From the IMG/VR virus record IMGVR_UViG_3300045988_133265: DNA of 41,363 nt; one strand, 5' to 3'. The notes beneath the pieces were generated by a model. That model was not told the DNA's origin. It was given only the letters and a program-made list of their open reading frames with translations, and did not search any database. This stretch comes from a virus. Below are positions 1-8,635 of this stretch, in pieces (position 1 is the first letter of the stretch; every line of letters starts with the position of its first letter). The position numbers and the translations under genes are program-made.

Positions 1-55
1 CACAGGCGGCGGACGATCCGCAGCGACGCCTTGATCCGCTCCTCCTCGGTCTCCG
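1..55. repeat. Terminal 55-nt exact duplicate of 41309..41363 (circular-assembly overlap, not biological)
   Basis: nt 1-55 (cacaggcggcggacgatccg...cctcggtctccg) are identical to the last 55 nt of the window. A tail chaperone reading frame runs straight through the junction. Confidence 0.9.
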
Positions 56-236
56 TGTCGTCGTCGGAGATCATGGCGTCGGCCAGCAGGTCCAGCTCCT
101 GGTAGAGCGTCGGATCCAGGTCGATCACCTCGCCCCACAGGTCGACTTTCACGGGACGGATCTCGCCGCGGTCCTCGGCGCTCTGCGCCTCCCGGCGGGC
201 TTTCTCCGCCGGGCTGATCTTCTTGGTTGCCGTCAT
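1..236 (-). CDS. Tail assembly chaperone (G frame), 5' part; the gene continues at 41308 downwards
   Basis: ATG at 236 is preceded by AAGGAGGAG. My translation is MTATKKISPAEKARREAQSAEDRGEIRPVKVDLWGEVIDLDPTLYQELDLLADAMISDDDTETEEERIKASLRIVRRL... It runs off nt 1 and resumes in frame at 41308. The gene lies between the major tail and tape measure genes. Confidence 0.75.
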   Translation of the reverse strand, partial: MTATKKISPAEKARREAQSAEDRGEIRPVKVDLWGEVIDLDPTLYQELDLLADAMISDDDTETEEERIKASLRIVRRL

Positions 237-248
237 GGGCTCCTCCTT

Positions 249-275
249 GCCAGTTGTGCCAGTTGCGCCAGTTTG
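249..275. repeat. Three tandem 9-mers GCCAGTTGT/GCCAGTTGC/GCCAGTTTG just upstream of the chaperone RBS
   Basis: Direct reading of 249..275. The repeats sit between a hairpin (287..323) and the AAGGAGGAG RBS of the minus-strand gene starting at 236. Confidence 0.7.
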
Positions 276-286
276 TGGGGGTCTCA

Positions 287-323
287 CCCGGGACCGGGGG
301 ACTGGCAACCGCCCGGTCCCGGG
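287..323 (-). terminator. Stem-loop (12-bp GC stem) immediately downstream of the major tail gene; possible attenuator
   Basis: cccgggaccggg (287..298) is the exact reverse complement of cccggtcccggg (312..323), with a 13-nt loop. It lies 8 nt after the major tail stop codon. Confidence 0.45.
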
Positions 324-330
324 GAGTCTA

Positions 331-915
331 TCAGGCCGGGATCATGGCCGGGTGGTTCGTCAGGATCGTGAACCCGCCGATGACCTCGAGCGTGAACTTG
401 AACACAGTCAGCTCGCCGACCTTCATGGCGATTCCCTCGCGCTCACCCAGAGTCAGCCGGGGGAACAGGATCCGCCACTGGGTCGTGGAGTTCGCCGTGT
501 CGAACCCGTCCACCAGGCCAGTGAAGTCGCGGGCCGCACGGGCGGACGGGGCGACGACCTTCGCGTAGTTCGGCTTGCCACCCTGGCCCGTGATCTTCTC
601 CACCGTGGCGTCGAAGTTCCAGCCCAGAGTCTTCGCCTTCGCCTCAAGCAGCGATACCTCGAGCTGAGTCGTGGAGTCGCTCATGTAGAGACGAACGGTT
701 CCGTGGCCCTGGTGACCCTTGATCTTGTCAGACGAGTCGTTCAGATTGATCGACAGGCCGTCCTCGGAGATCCAGCCCATGTCCTCCATGGAAGTGGGAA
801 CCGCCGAGTCCAGAGCGGTCACCGGGTTCAGCAGGTCCTTCGTGTACTCGCTCAGGTAGATCGCGTCCGACTCGGAGCCGAACATGAGCGTGTTCGCGGC
901 GTCAATCTTTGCCAT
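331..915 (-). CDS. Major tail protein
   Basis: 194-aa ORF with a GAAAGGA RBS. It lies after the head-tail connector genes and before the G/T chaperones. Composition is typical of siphovirus major tail subunits (MAKIDAANTLMFGSE...FKFTLEVIGG). Confidence 0.75.
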   Translation of the reverse strand: MAKIDAANTLMFGSESDAIYLSEYTKDLLNPVTALDSAVPTSMEDMGWISEDGLSINLNDSSDKIKGHQGHGTVRLYMSDSTTQLEVSLLEAKAKTLGWNFDATVEKITGQGGKPNYAKVVAPSARAARDFTGLVDGFDTANSTTQWRILFPRLTLGEREGIAMKVGELTVFKFTLEVIGGFTILTNHPAMIPA

Positions 916-928
916 GGTTGGTCCTTTC

Positions 929-1300
929 TCACACCAATCGCGCGGTGATCTGGTAGGTGGCCGTCACTCGCTTAGCGACGGTTGAGTCGTCCACGCCCTC
1001 GGCGGGACACGTGCCAGTTACGGCGCCCACGGGGGCGTCGGTCTTGGGGAGCGTGTTCATCACGCCGTCCACGTCCAGACCGAGTTTCATAGCCCGACCG
1101 GTCGTGGGAGCGTACGAGTCGATCGTCAGCTGGACGTGGGCGGTGGCCACATGCAGACGGCCCGCACCGCCCGTGGCGATCACGCGTACGAACTCCGGTG
1201 GCGTGTTCGCGCCCTCGGGGCGCTTGCTCACCACCGGGCAGGGCAGGACCACCCGCAGGCGGTTCATGACCTCGGCCTTCACGTCAGGTACCTGGGGCAC
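929..1300 (-). CDS. Tail terminator / head-tail joining protein (position-based)
   Basis: The ORF track frame is 929..1456. I chose the GTG at 1300, 4 nt after the upstream stop (1305); an ATG at 1270 is the alternative start. The call rests on synteny directly upstream of the major tail gene. Confidence 0.5.
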   Translation of the reverse strand: MPQVPDVKAEVMNRLRVVLPCPVVSKRPEGANTPPEFVRVIATGGAGRLHVATAHVQLTIDSYAPTTGRAMKLGLDVDGVMNTLPKTDAPVGAVTGTCPAEGVDDSTVAKRVTATYQITARLV

Positions 1301-1304
1301 GGCG

Positions 1305-1571
1305 TCAGTCCTTCGTCGACGGGGGCAGGGAGCCCAGGACCCGCTCGAGCGCGTGATCCCGGAGCTTGGCCCGCGCGATCTTCGAGCCAGAGTCCGCGGA
1401 CACGTAGGCGCGGGCACGGGTGGAGCCGTGTCCCTGGTGGGTGTGGAAGCCCTCACCCACGCGATCCCGGAGCTTGCGCGCCCCGTCGTTCACCGCGGCG
1501 TACGCCGCCGGGGAAGTCAGAATCTGACGAGCCACCCGCTTGTTCGGCTTGTAGTTGACCGAGCCCATCAC
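1305..1571 (-). CDS. Head-tail connector-region protein (hypothetical)
   Basis: 88-aa ORF. Its start overlaps the upstream stop (GTGATG at 1566..1571). It lies in the head-tail joining block. Confidence 0.55.
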   Translation of the reverse strand: MMGSVNYKPNKRVARQILTSPAAYAAVNDGARKLRDRVGEGFHTHQGHGSTRARAYVSADSGSKIARAKLRDHALERVLGSLPPSTKD

Positions 1572-1900
1572 ACGCCTCTCGCCTCTACCGCTTCGATCTT
1601 CACCTTAAGGCCCTTAGGCCAGTCGTACGGCCGCCCGATCACCGCGTACTCCACGCCGTCTACCACGAGCCGGTCCGAAGCCACGACGTCCGGGTGCGAC
1701 CCACGCCAGTATAGAGCCACAGACGACACGACCTGGGCCAGGCCCGGGCTCGTAGACTCGAGGCTGTCGTCCGGCGCGAACAGCGCCTGCTCACTGATTG
1801 CCTCCTCGGTCCACGAGCCCGGGACCGGCTCGCCGTACTGGTCCACGCCGTCCGGCGCACGGCGGCGCCTGGTGACCTGTACCCAACCGAACGCCGTCAC
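1568..1900 (-). CDS. Head closure / head-tail joining protein (position-based)
   Basis: The C-terminal 110 aa of the track ORF 1568..2236 form the gene. The GTG at 1900 makes a GTGA overlap with the stop of the upstream gene (1897). The N-terminal extension in the track is Arg/Pro-rich and overlaps a better gene. Confidence 0.55.
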   Translation of the reverse strand: MTAFGWVQVTRRRRAPDGVDQYGEPVPGSWTEEAISEQALFAPDDSLESTSPGLAQVVSSVALYWRGSHPDVVASDRLVVDGVEYAVIGRPYDWPKGLKVKIEAVEARGV

Positions 1901-2355
1901 GGGACCACGCCCCCAAACAGCCAGACCAACTCGTCGACCTGGCTCATGGGGCGAGCCCCGTGGAGGAGGTCGACCTCGTGCGCGCGGGAGCGAGCGCCCC
2001 CGAGCGCCTGGATCTCTTTGGCCTTCAAGAACAGGTCCCCGTCCGGGTTCGAGTACGTGTAGTTGTCCGTGTACGGGCCGGTCGTGTGCGACTCCGCGGA
2101 CAGAGTCCCACGGGGCTCCGGGTAGGCGCCCAGGTTCGAGCCACCCATGCCGGAGTCTCCCTGCATGGCCCGCTTCACGACGGCGCACGTGATCCGGCGG
2201 CGAGTCAGCTCGGTCGCCCTGTCCCACCGCGGGCACGTCGCCATGATCAGGTCCGTGACGTCGCCGATCAGGACCTCGGCCCGCCGACGCTCCTGGTCAG
2301 ACAGGGGGCGCCAGCGGGCCTGCAGGTCCTCAACGGTAGCGAACGGCTCGGCCAA
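1897..2355 (-). CDS. Head-tail adaptor (gp6-like connector)
   Basis: The N-terminus AEPFATVEDLQARWRPLSDQERRRAEVLIGDVTDLI matches the familiar pattern of phage head-tail connector proteins. The start is a TTG 4 nt after the upstream stop. Confidence 0.6.
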   Translation of the reverse strand: MAEPFATVEDLQARWRPLSDQERRRAEVLIGDVTDLIMATCPRWDRATELTRRRITCAVVKRAMQGDSGMGGSNLGAYPEPRGTLSAESHTTGPYTDNYTYSNPDGDLFLKAKEIQALGGARSRAHEVDLLHGARPMSQVDELVWLFGGVVP

Positions 2356-2358
2356 CCG

Positions 2359-2577
2359 TCAGCCCTCGTGGTCCTCAGCGGACTCGGGAGCGGGCGGGTT
2401 GAAGACCGTGAACCCGGGGGAGGCCGGGGCCTCCGTGGTGATCCCGAGGCGCTCACGCACCGGGTAGATCCGGGCGTAGGTCTCCTCGTCGATCTCCGCG
2501 CGTCCGCCGGAGAACTGGATCTCCGGGATCGCGATCTTACGGTCCTGGTTCCCGTCGGTTGTGTAAACGGTTACCAC
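2359..2577 (-). CDS. Hypothetical head-module protein
   Basis: 72-aa ORF with a GTG start 5 nt after the upstream stop, tightly packed in the structural operon. Confidence 0.5.
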   Translation of the reverse strand: MVTVYTTDGNQDRKIAIPEIQFSGGRAEIDEETYARIYPVRERLGITTEAPASPGFTVFNPPAPESAEDHEG

Positions 2578-2581
2578 GTGA

Positions 2582-2776
2582 TCACTTCCTTCGAGTCTTC
2601 GGGGCGGGGGTCTCGTCCTCAGGCTCCGCGAACGGGTCCGAGTCCTCGGTCACCCCGGCTGGGGTCTCGGGATCAAACGGAGCCCAGTCCGGGTGACCGA
2701 GGGCGAACGGGTGGTCGTCCGGTACGGTGACCACCGACCGGGAGTCCACGTGAATCAGGTCGGCCATGGCGATCAC
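2582..2776 (-). CDS. Hypothetical head-module protein
   Basis: 64-aa ORF whose start overlaps the capsid gene stop (GTGA at 2773..2776). Confidence 0.45.
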   Translation of the reverse strand: MIAMADLIHVDSRSVVTVPDDHPFALGHPDWAPFDPETPAGVTEDSDPFAEPEDETPAPKTRRK

Positions 2777-3699
2777 GCGACCTTGAGTAGAGCGAACCGG
2801 TCGACGAACACGTACCAGCCGTAGACGATCTCGAGCCGGAGCGCCACCTGGTTCTGGCGCTTCAGGTCGCCCTGGCCGTCCGGGTCACCGAAGCGGATCA
2901 GCTCGATCGGGAGCTGGCGCTGGACGCCCCAGCGGACTCCGCCGCGGAAGTCGCCGACGATCGCGCGAATCTTCGAGTCGGTCGCGATCTCCGGCAGACC
3001 GGAGACCGTGTCACCCTGAGCCACAGGCACGCCCATGAAGCTCGTCACGTTCGTGCCGAAGCCCAGCTCGGGGTAGCGGCGGTCGCTGGTCGCGCCCGCG
3101 CCGTCCTTGCGCTTGAGCTGGGACAGAGCCCAGGAGAACTTCGGGTCGAAAGCCGCGCCGGACACGCCCCAGGACTCGGGCTGGTTCACCAGCAGGCCCA
3201 CGGCGGAAGCGAAGTCGTCGTCCGGGTCAGCACCAGCCTGAGCCAGAGTCACGGACTTCGTGGTCTTCGCCACGTAGTTGTCCCAGGAACTGATCTCCGC
3301 GCCCGTCAGCGGGTTCACGCGGTGGATCATGCCCAGGTCCAGGGCGCGAGACAGCGCCACGGAGCCCTCGGAGGCCAGCGAGTTGACGATCTCGAGCTGG
3401 TAGTCCTCGTCGGTCCAGATCGCCTCCTCGGAGAACCGCATCGTCACCTGGGCCTTGTGGGGGACCGCGGTGACCGAGCTGAAACCGCCCTTAGTCGGAG
3501 ACTTCTGAGCGCCCTCCTCGACGAACTCGGCCTTCGGGAAGTCGTTGAAGACCAGGTAGTCCTTCTTTCCGAAGCGCATGGGCTCGCGGTTCGACAGGCG
3601 CGCGATCACCGACTCGGTGCGCGTGCGCTTGATCATCCCGTCCGCGATCTCGCGCGGCATGAGGACCTGTGCGTCAGTCGACGTAAAAATCGTCGCCAT
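2773..3699 (-). CDS. Major capsid protein (HK97-fold type)
   Basis: 308-aa ORF directly downstream of a scaffold-like gene. Size, position and sequence character (MATIFTSTDAQVLMPREIADGMI..., ...LRLEIVYGWYVFVDRFALLKVA) fit actinophage major capsid proteins. Confidence 0.8.
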   Translation of the reverse strand: MATIFTSTDAQVLMPREIADGMIKRTRTESVIARLSNREPMRFGKKDYLVFNDFPKAEFVEEGAQKSPTKGGFSSVTAVPHKAQVTMRFSEEAIWTDEDYQLEIVNSLASEGSVALSRALDLGMIHRVNPLTGAEISSWDNYVAKTTKSVTLAQAGADPDDDFASAVGLLVNQPESWGVSGAAFDPKFSWALSQLKRKDGAGATSDRRYPELGFGTNVTSFMGVPVAQGDTVSGLPEIATDSKIRAIVGDFRGGVRWGVQRQLPIELIRFGDPDGQGDLKRQNQVALRLEIVYGWYVFVDRFALLKVA

Positions 3700-3721
3700 G
3701 TGTTAAACCTTCCGTGTTGGT

Positions 3722-4234
3722 TCAGGAACCGCCGAACAGCGCCTGCAGGAACTGCCGAGCGGCGTCGGGACTGGAATCGGGCTGGTCACCCGCCTGCGGA
3801 ACAACCGGGCCACGAGGCGCGGACTTCCACGCCTGAGCGATCAGCTCGCCATGCGCCTGCAGGTCCTCGAGAGACTCGCCACGCAGCAGATCGACCGGCA
3901 CGTGAGTGGCCGCGGAGACTTGCTTCTTCCAGTCAGCGATCTGCGCAGCCTTCTCGGCCGCCACAGCCTTGCTCTTGAACTCCGCCAGCTCGGCCACGGC
4001 CTTCGCGTGCTCCGACTGGAGCGCGTCGAACTTGTCAGCCGCCGCCTTGTTCGACTTGGCTCGGTTCTCCCACTGCCGGGCATAGGACTTGTACCGGGCG
4101 GCCTCGGCCTCCCAGTCGGTCTCCGGCTCCGACGCCTGGGTCGACTCAGTCGGCTCGGGCGGGGCGGTGGGCTCCGTGCTGTCAGTCGCGGAGTCTGGTG
4201 CGTCCGGTGCGGACGCGTCTCCCGGGTTGTTCAT
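3722..4234 (-). CDS. Scaffolding protein
   Basis: 170 aa. It has an acidic/Pro-rich N-terminus followed by a long Ala/Lys/Glu helical segment (AEAARYKSYARQWENRAKSNKAAADKFDALQSEHAKAVAELAEFKSKAVAAEKAAQI). It lies immediately upstream of the capsid gene. Confidence 0.7.
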   Translation of the reverse strand: MNNPGDASAPDAPDSATDSTEPTAPPEPTESTQASEPETDWEAEAARYKSYARQWENRAKSNKAAADKFDALQSEHAKAVAELAEFKSKAVAAEKAAQIADWKKQVSAATHVPVDLLRGESLEDLQAHGELIAQAWKSAPRGPVVPQAGDQPDSSPDAARQFLQALFGGS

Positions 4235-4301
4235 GATTTAGTTGTTCTCCTGTCCGTGCGGAAGGTCCGGATCGACTGTGACAGTCCTCCGGTGGTTTCA
4301 A

Positions 4302-5102
4302 TCATACCAGCAAGTCTTTCATCGCGCCACTGGTCCACCCGTCCGACACGCCGTCCGTGTAGTCGTGCGGGAACAGGCGACGCATGGTCGCCAGCAGCAT
4401 ACGCGGGTCGTTCGGGTCCCCACCCAGGTCCTTCGTCAGTTTCCGGGACTCGTCGTACCGGCGCTTGAGCTCCGCCGGATCATAGCCATCCACCGCCACC
4501 TGCCGCCCCTTCCACGCCGGGACCACCTGGCAGCGGCAGTGATCGTGGAACTTGTTCTGCGTGGCTCCCCGACCACGGTGCTGAGCCTCGAACTCGGTCG
4601 TATACGTGAAGCCCCGGGACGCCAGCATTGCGCAGAACGCACACGTGCTGGTCCCCGACGGGACACGCGCCCAGCCACTGGACCGCGGGTCACGCACCGA
4701 GTTATGTGCCACCACCGACTGGGCTGCAGTCTGTACGTGCCGGTCCACCGCCCCACGTAGGATCGACAGCGCCCGCGTCGGGTTCTCCTCGAACAGGGAG
4801 CCCGACGCATAGCGCACGTTCTGGCGAACCTGCTCCGGAGTCACCGCCTCAGTAGTCGTCGCATAGAAGTGCTTGCCCAGCTCATCCCTACGGACCCGCT
4901 CGTACCACTCCGCCGCGGCCACTCCCGCCGTGTCACCATATACGGCCACCAGGCGGGGGAGGAACTCCACCAAAGCCTCGCGACAGGCGACCGGGTTCGA
5001 CCAGTCCAGGCTGTTGAAGAAGATCGTCAGGTCGTTGACCGCTAGCGAGCTGGTGCGCGTGATCGCCCCACGGATCTGGTTGATCTCAGCCCTGGTCACC
5101 AC
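4302..5102 (-). CDS. MuF-like minor capsid / head morphogenesis protein
   Basis: It lies downstream of the portal gene. The C-terminal CAFCAML...FHDHCRCQVVP matches the Phage_Mu_F style H-x-x-CRC motif. Confidence 0.7.
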   Translation of the reverse strand: MVTRAEINQIRGAITRTSSLAVNDLTIFFNSLDWSNPVACREALVEFLPRLVAVYGDTAGVAAAEWYERVRRDELGKHFYATTTEAVTPEQVRQNVRYASGSLFEENPTRALSILRGAVDRHVQTAAQSVVAHNSVRDPRSSGWARVPSGTSTCAFCAMLASRGFTYTTEFEAQHRGRGATQNKFHDHCRCQVVPAWKGRQVAVDGYDPAELKRRYDESRKLTKDLGGDPNDPRMLLATMRRLFPHDYTDGVSDGWTSGAMKDLLV

Positions 5103-6591
5103 CGGCGCTCACCCCCGCAGCGGAAGCACCCACGGACGAGGTCTCCCCGGCCACGGGAGCGCCTGGAGCGCCCTCGCCGGTACGAACCCCCGACATGATC
5201 GTCTCGAGGACGGACGGAGCCCGACGGCGCTCGTGCTGCGCCTCCATCTCCTCGATCTCCGGCTGGGTGAAGCCCGCTTTACGCAGAGCCACGGTCGTGT
5301 CAGCCACCTGCGGCAGAGCCTGGACGATCTTGGTGATATAATCGGACGCCGCAGCCGGGGACACGTACCGAGCCGGAGTCCAACGCACCTGCAGGTCCCA
5401 CGACTCCTGTGGTGGCTCGCTCAGGCCATCACGCAGCATGACCGCGTTCTGGGCCACGCGACGCAGAGCCGGGGCGAACACGCGCCACTGGAACTCCGCC
5501 TCGTCGCTCAGCGCGTACTCCGCCGCCTGCATGGCCTCGGCGCTCGCCGGGTTGTCCGCGAACAGGCCGACCATGGACTGCGGCATGTTCGTCGCCGCGC
5601 ACAGGTTCTGCGCCAGCTGTCGATACATCTCCCAGTGAGGCGACATGGACGACTGGGGGAACTGACCCACGGACGGCGCGTCGCCGTTCTCGTTCACCGT
5701 CAGGACCTGCAGGCGGCCCATGACCGCGCTCCACCGGTCCATATCGTCGAACGCCTCCGGGTCCACGCCCAGGGCGTAGCGCTGCGGGGACGCGAAGAAC
5801 TCCGCGCTGGTCTCCGCACGCACCATGGTCCGGATCGCCGCGTCGGTCAGGTAGCGGACCTCCCGGCTGATCCGCGAGCGCCCCAACGGGCGACTCAGCT
5901 GCGGGTCGTAGACCAGCGGCTCCACCAGGACCCGACCGGTCGGGTTACCCAGAGACCGGGCCACCCAACTGCCGGCAGCGCCCCGCTCGAGCGCGATCAC
6001 GTCGTCCGGCAGGTACAGGACCGCCGCGCTGGGCGCGTCCTTAGCCACGTCCGTGATCGTCAGCGCCGCGGAGATCTGCCGACGACGCCGGTCCCACAAG
6101 GCCGCGGACCACAGGGCGTCGCGCGCCTGCAGAACCACCTCGGGATCCCCGGCGGACGGGTCGCCCAGCGTACAGGTGATGAACGAACAACAGTGCTTAT
6201 AAGCACTGGTTATGCCCTGACTCAGCTCCAGATCGAACGAGTTATGAGCCAGCAGCGGGGACAGGTCGAACGGGTCCGTGTCGCCGTCCAGGCTGAACCC
6301 CTCGAACACATGCTTACGCGCCAGCGACTGGACCGCCTTGAACGGCCACGCCAGCGCCGCACGGACCCGCGTCATCTGCGGCGGGACCGAGATCCCCAGG
6401 TCCTGCAGCGACCGGTGCCCGTCGTAGTACACGTCCAGCAGCGCGTTACGGGCCCGCCGGGACGACCACAGCTGCCACAGCTTGTCCAGCACCGCCTGCC
6501 GGCTGGAGTCCAGGCCAGCCACCTGCGGGACTCCCGGGTCCGACTGGACGATCGGATCCGAGCCGTCCAGTCCTTGTGTATCCAGGATCAC
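5086..6591 (-). CDS. Portal protein
   Basis: 501-aa ORF with a GTGA overlap with the terminase large subunit stop. Size and position are canonical. Confidence 0.8.
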   Translation of the reverse strand: MILDTQGLDGSDPIVQSDPGVPQVAGLDSSRQAVLDKLWQLWSSRRARNALLDVYYDGHRSLQDLGISVPPQMTRVRAALAWPFKAVQSLARKHVFEGFSLDGDTDPFDLSPLLAHNSFDLELSQGITSAYKHCCSFITCTLGDPSAGDPEVVLQARDALWSAALWDRRRRQISAALTITDVAKDAPSAAVLYLPDDVIALERGAAGSWVARSLGNPTGRVLVEPLVYDPQLSRPLGRSRISREVRYLTDAAIRTMVRAETSAEFFASPQRYALGVDPEAFDDMDRWSAVMGRLQVLTVNENGDAPSVGQFPQSSMSPHWEMYRQLAQNLCAATNMPQSMVGLFADNPASAEAMQAAEYALSDEAEFQWRVFAPALRRVAQNAVMLRDGLSEPPQESWDLQVRWTPARYVSPAAASDYITKIVQALPQVADTTVALRKAGFTQPEIEEMEAQHERRRAPSVLETIMSGVRTGEGAPGAPVAGETSSVGASAAGVSAGGDQG

Positions 6592-8060
6592 AGAATCCTC
6601 ACCCCTCGGTTACCGGCGCCCCGCGGGCGTCGCCTAGTCGTACGCGCCGTCCAGTTCGCGGCGCTGATCGCCTCGATCGGGAGCTCATCCCCCTCCGGCG
6701 AAGTCGCCTCCCAACCGAACGCCCCGTCCCTACGGCGCTTCTGTCTGTCGCACGAGCCCACTGACGCGTCCAAGGCATCGCCCTCCTGGCCCGCCGGGTG
6801 AGTCGTCTGGCCACTAGCCACCGACTGGACCAGCATAGCACACGAGTCCAGGTACTCGCCCGTGCTCATCACGTGGATCATGCGAGGCGGGAGCTTGCGC
6901 GCAAGCAGCGCGTCCTTCAACGGAGCCGAGCCCGCCCCACCCAACAGACTCACCTGCGCCGTAGACGACCGGCGCTCAGCCAGCCAATCCGCCAGCCGCT
7001 CCACGCCCTGCTCGAGCGGACCCGACCACGCACCGATCAGATTCACGTGAACCCGCTGGCCGTCACGCATCGCCCCAGCCACCGCCTGCCGCATGCCATC
7101 CTGACTGAACACCACAGCGAACGACTTGACCCCGTCCGCCGGGGGATCCGCCACACACGACTTCCACGCCTCCGCGCTGATCGCCCGAGTCCGGCCACGC
7201 TTCAACGGCCACACGCCCAGGCGCTCGCGGGCGAAACCATCCGGGCTGAACCGCTTGCGCTCACCCTCCACCACGATCATCTGCAAGCGACCAGCCGCAA
7301 GCGCCGGGTTGTTCGCCCGCCACAGCTCACGATCATCCAGATCCAACAGACCCGGGTTCCCATCCGGCGACCACTCATCCCAACAGGTCCGCCCTGGGTT
7401 GTCACCCAGGGCGTCGTCACGGACACGCGTGAAGACCTCGCCATCAGCCTGCGGGCCCGGCGGGGTCCCCGTGAACAGCCACTGCGGGTTACGTAGCGGA
7501 GCCGCCGACGTCGTCGGCATCAGAGCCTCCAACGCGTCGTCGTTCATCTCCTGTGCCTCGTCCATGACCAGCGTGTCGACCGTGAAGCCACGCGCCGAGT
7601 TCTTCGACCGGGCCACGATCTCAATCGACCCGCCGTTAGACAGCAGGACCGCCTCCTGGCCGTTCACCGACCGGATCGTCTTCACCAGGGCGTTCAGCTC
7701 CGGGAACTGCGCAGCCGGGTCGTTCGCCTTCTCGCCGAAGAAAAACTTCAAACGACGGAAGTGCTTCTGAGCCGTCTTCACCTCATGAGCCGTGTGGAGA
7801 ATCCGCTCCCCCAGGGCCACCGCCCCGAAGACCTCGCGGACCTCGAGGCACACGTTCTTCCCATTCTGGCGGGGGACCGACAGGCCACACGTCAGGTGGG
7901 CCCAGCGGCCGTGCTCGTCCAGCGCCAGCCACGCGTCCAAGACCTGAGCCTGCCACGGATCGGGCACCAGGCCGTGCTTGGTGATGAACTCGCACGCCAG
8001 GTCCCCCATGGTCCGGTCGATCGCAGTAGACCGGACGGTCTTAGGCGCGCTGGCGGGCAC
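6588..8060 (-). CDS. terL: Terminase large subunit
   Basis: 490 aa. The GTG start at 8060 is preceded by AGGAGG. VPRQNGKN is a Walker A-like motif and TLVMDEAQEM is Walker B, followed by a nuclease half. It lies upstream of the portal gene. Confidence 0.85.
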   Translation of the reverse strand: MPASAPKTVRSTAIDRTMGDLACEFITKHGLVPDPWQAQVLDAWLALDEHGRWAHLTCGLSVPRQNGKNVCLEVREVFGAVALGERILHTAHEVKTAQKHFRRLKFFFGEKANDPAAQFPELNALVKTIRSVNGQEAVLLSNGGSIEIVARSKNSARGFTVDTLVMDEAQEMNDDALEALMPTTSAAPLRNPQWLFTGTPPGPQADGEVFTRVRDDALGDNPGRTCWDEWSPDGNPGLLDLDDRELWRANNPALAAGRLQMIVVEGERKRFSPDGFARERLGVWPLKRGRTRAISAEAWKSCVADPPADGVKSFAVVFSQDGMRQAVAGAMRDGQRVHVNLIGAWSGPLEQGVERLADWLAERRSSTAQVSLLGGAGSAPLKDALLARKLPPRMIHVMSTGEYLDSCAMLVQSVASGQTTHPAGQEGDALDASVGSCDRQKRRRDGAFGWEATSPEGDELPIEAISAANWTARTTRRRPRGAGNRGVRIL

Positions 8061-8355
8061 GCACGGCCTCCTGGAAGTCGACCAGGCCGCTGGCCGGATC
8101 CTTGGACTCCGCGGCCTGCTTCACCTCGGTCTTCGAGGGCCGCTGGGCCGTGGGGATCCCCAGCGCCTGACTGATCGAGTTGGTCAGCTTGTGGGCCTCG
8201 CCGATCAGCGGACCACGCCGGTACTTGGGTGTCCCGGCCATGGACTGGAGCGACAGGTTGTACAGGCGTACGAGCTCGGCGATATGGTCCCAGTCACGGG
8301 CGTCCTCGGGCACCGGGGCCAGCAACTCGGAGTCGTCGTGAATCTCGGTAGCCAT
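8041..8355 (-). CDS. Terminase small subunit (position-based)
   Basis: 104-aa ORF overlapping the terL start by 20 nt. No motif was recognised, so the call rests on synteny only. Confidence 0.45.
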   Translation of the reverse strand: MATEIHDDSELLAPVPEDARDWDHIAELVRLYNLSLQSMAGTPKYRRGPLIGEAHKLTNSISQALGIPTAQRPSKTEVKQAAESKDPASGLVDFQEAVRARQRA

Positions 8356-8412
8356 AAGAGCCCCTTATGGAGTTGTTGCTAGTTAGCATGCGCAGTTATG
8401 AACTTTATCACA

Positions 8413-8486
8413 CCGGGGGGGTACTGCACTATGCCTCCGGGGGTGCTCTGCTACCCCGAGGAGGTTTCCCTCCCCGGGGTGCTCGG
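8413..8486. repeat. Three direct G-rich repeats CCGGGG(G)TRCTC in the HNH-terS intergenic region (candidate terminase recognition / cos-proximal sites)
   Basis: The copies are ccgggggggtactgc (8413..8427), ccgggggtgctctgc (8438..8452) and ccccggggtgctcgg (8472..8486). They lie inside a 280-nt non-coding gap. Confidence 0.4.
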
Positions 8487-8635
8487 GTTGCGTCTTGATC
8501 TCGCGCTGGACTCGGATTCTCGAGTGATCAAAGTAGACGCGGCTCTTCGACCGTTCCGTGTCCGGCGGTGCTTTATTCAGTTTTGGGCTGAGGAGCGCCG
8601 TGGCCTTGGGCTTTCCTCAACCTCTTGACTCAAGG

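Noticed and set aside
4873-6801. 642-aa plus-strand ORF. Similar long ORFs occur at 957..2192 (+), 11381..13129 (-), 13560..15155 (-), 21043..22446 (-), 25918..27366 (-), 33645..35099 (+) and 34829..36274 (+).
   Set aside because: All lie antisense to, or out of frame with, well-supported genes (portal, polymerase, purZ-like, primase, tail genes). They are dominated by Arg/Pro/Gly/Ala, as expected for stop-poor shadow frames in GC-rich DNA, and they lack RBS or motif support.
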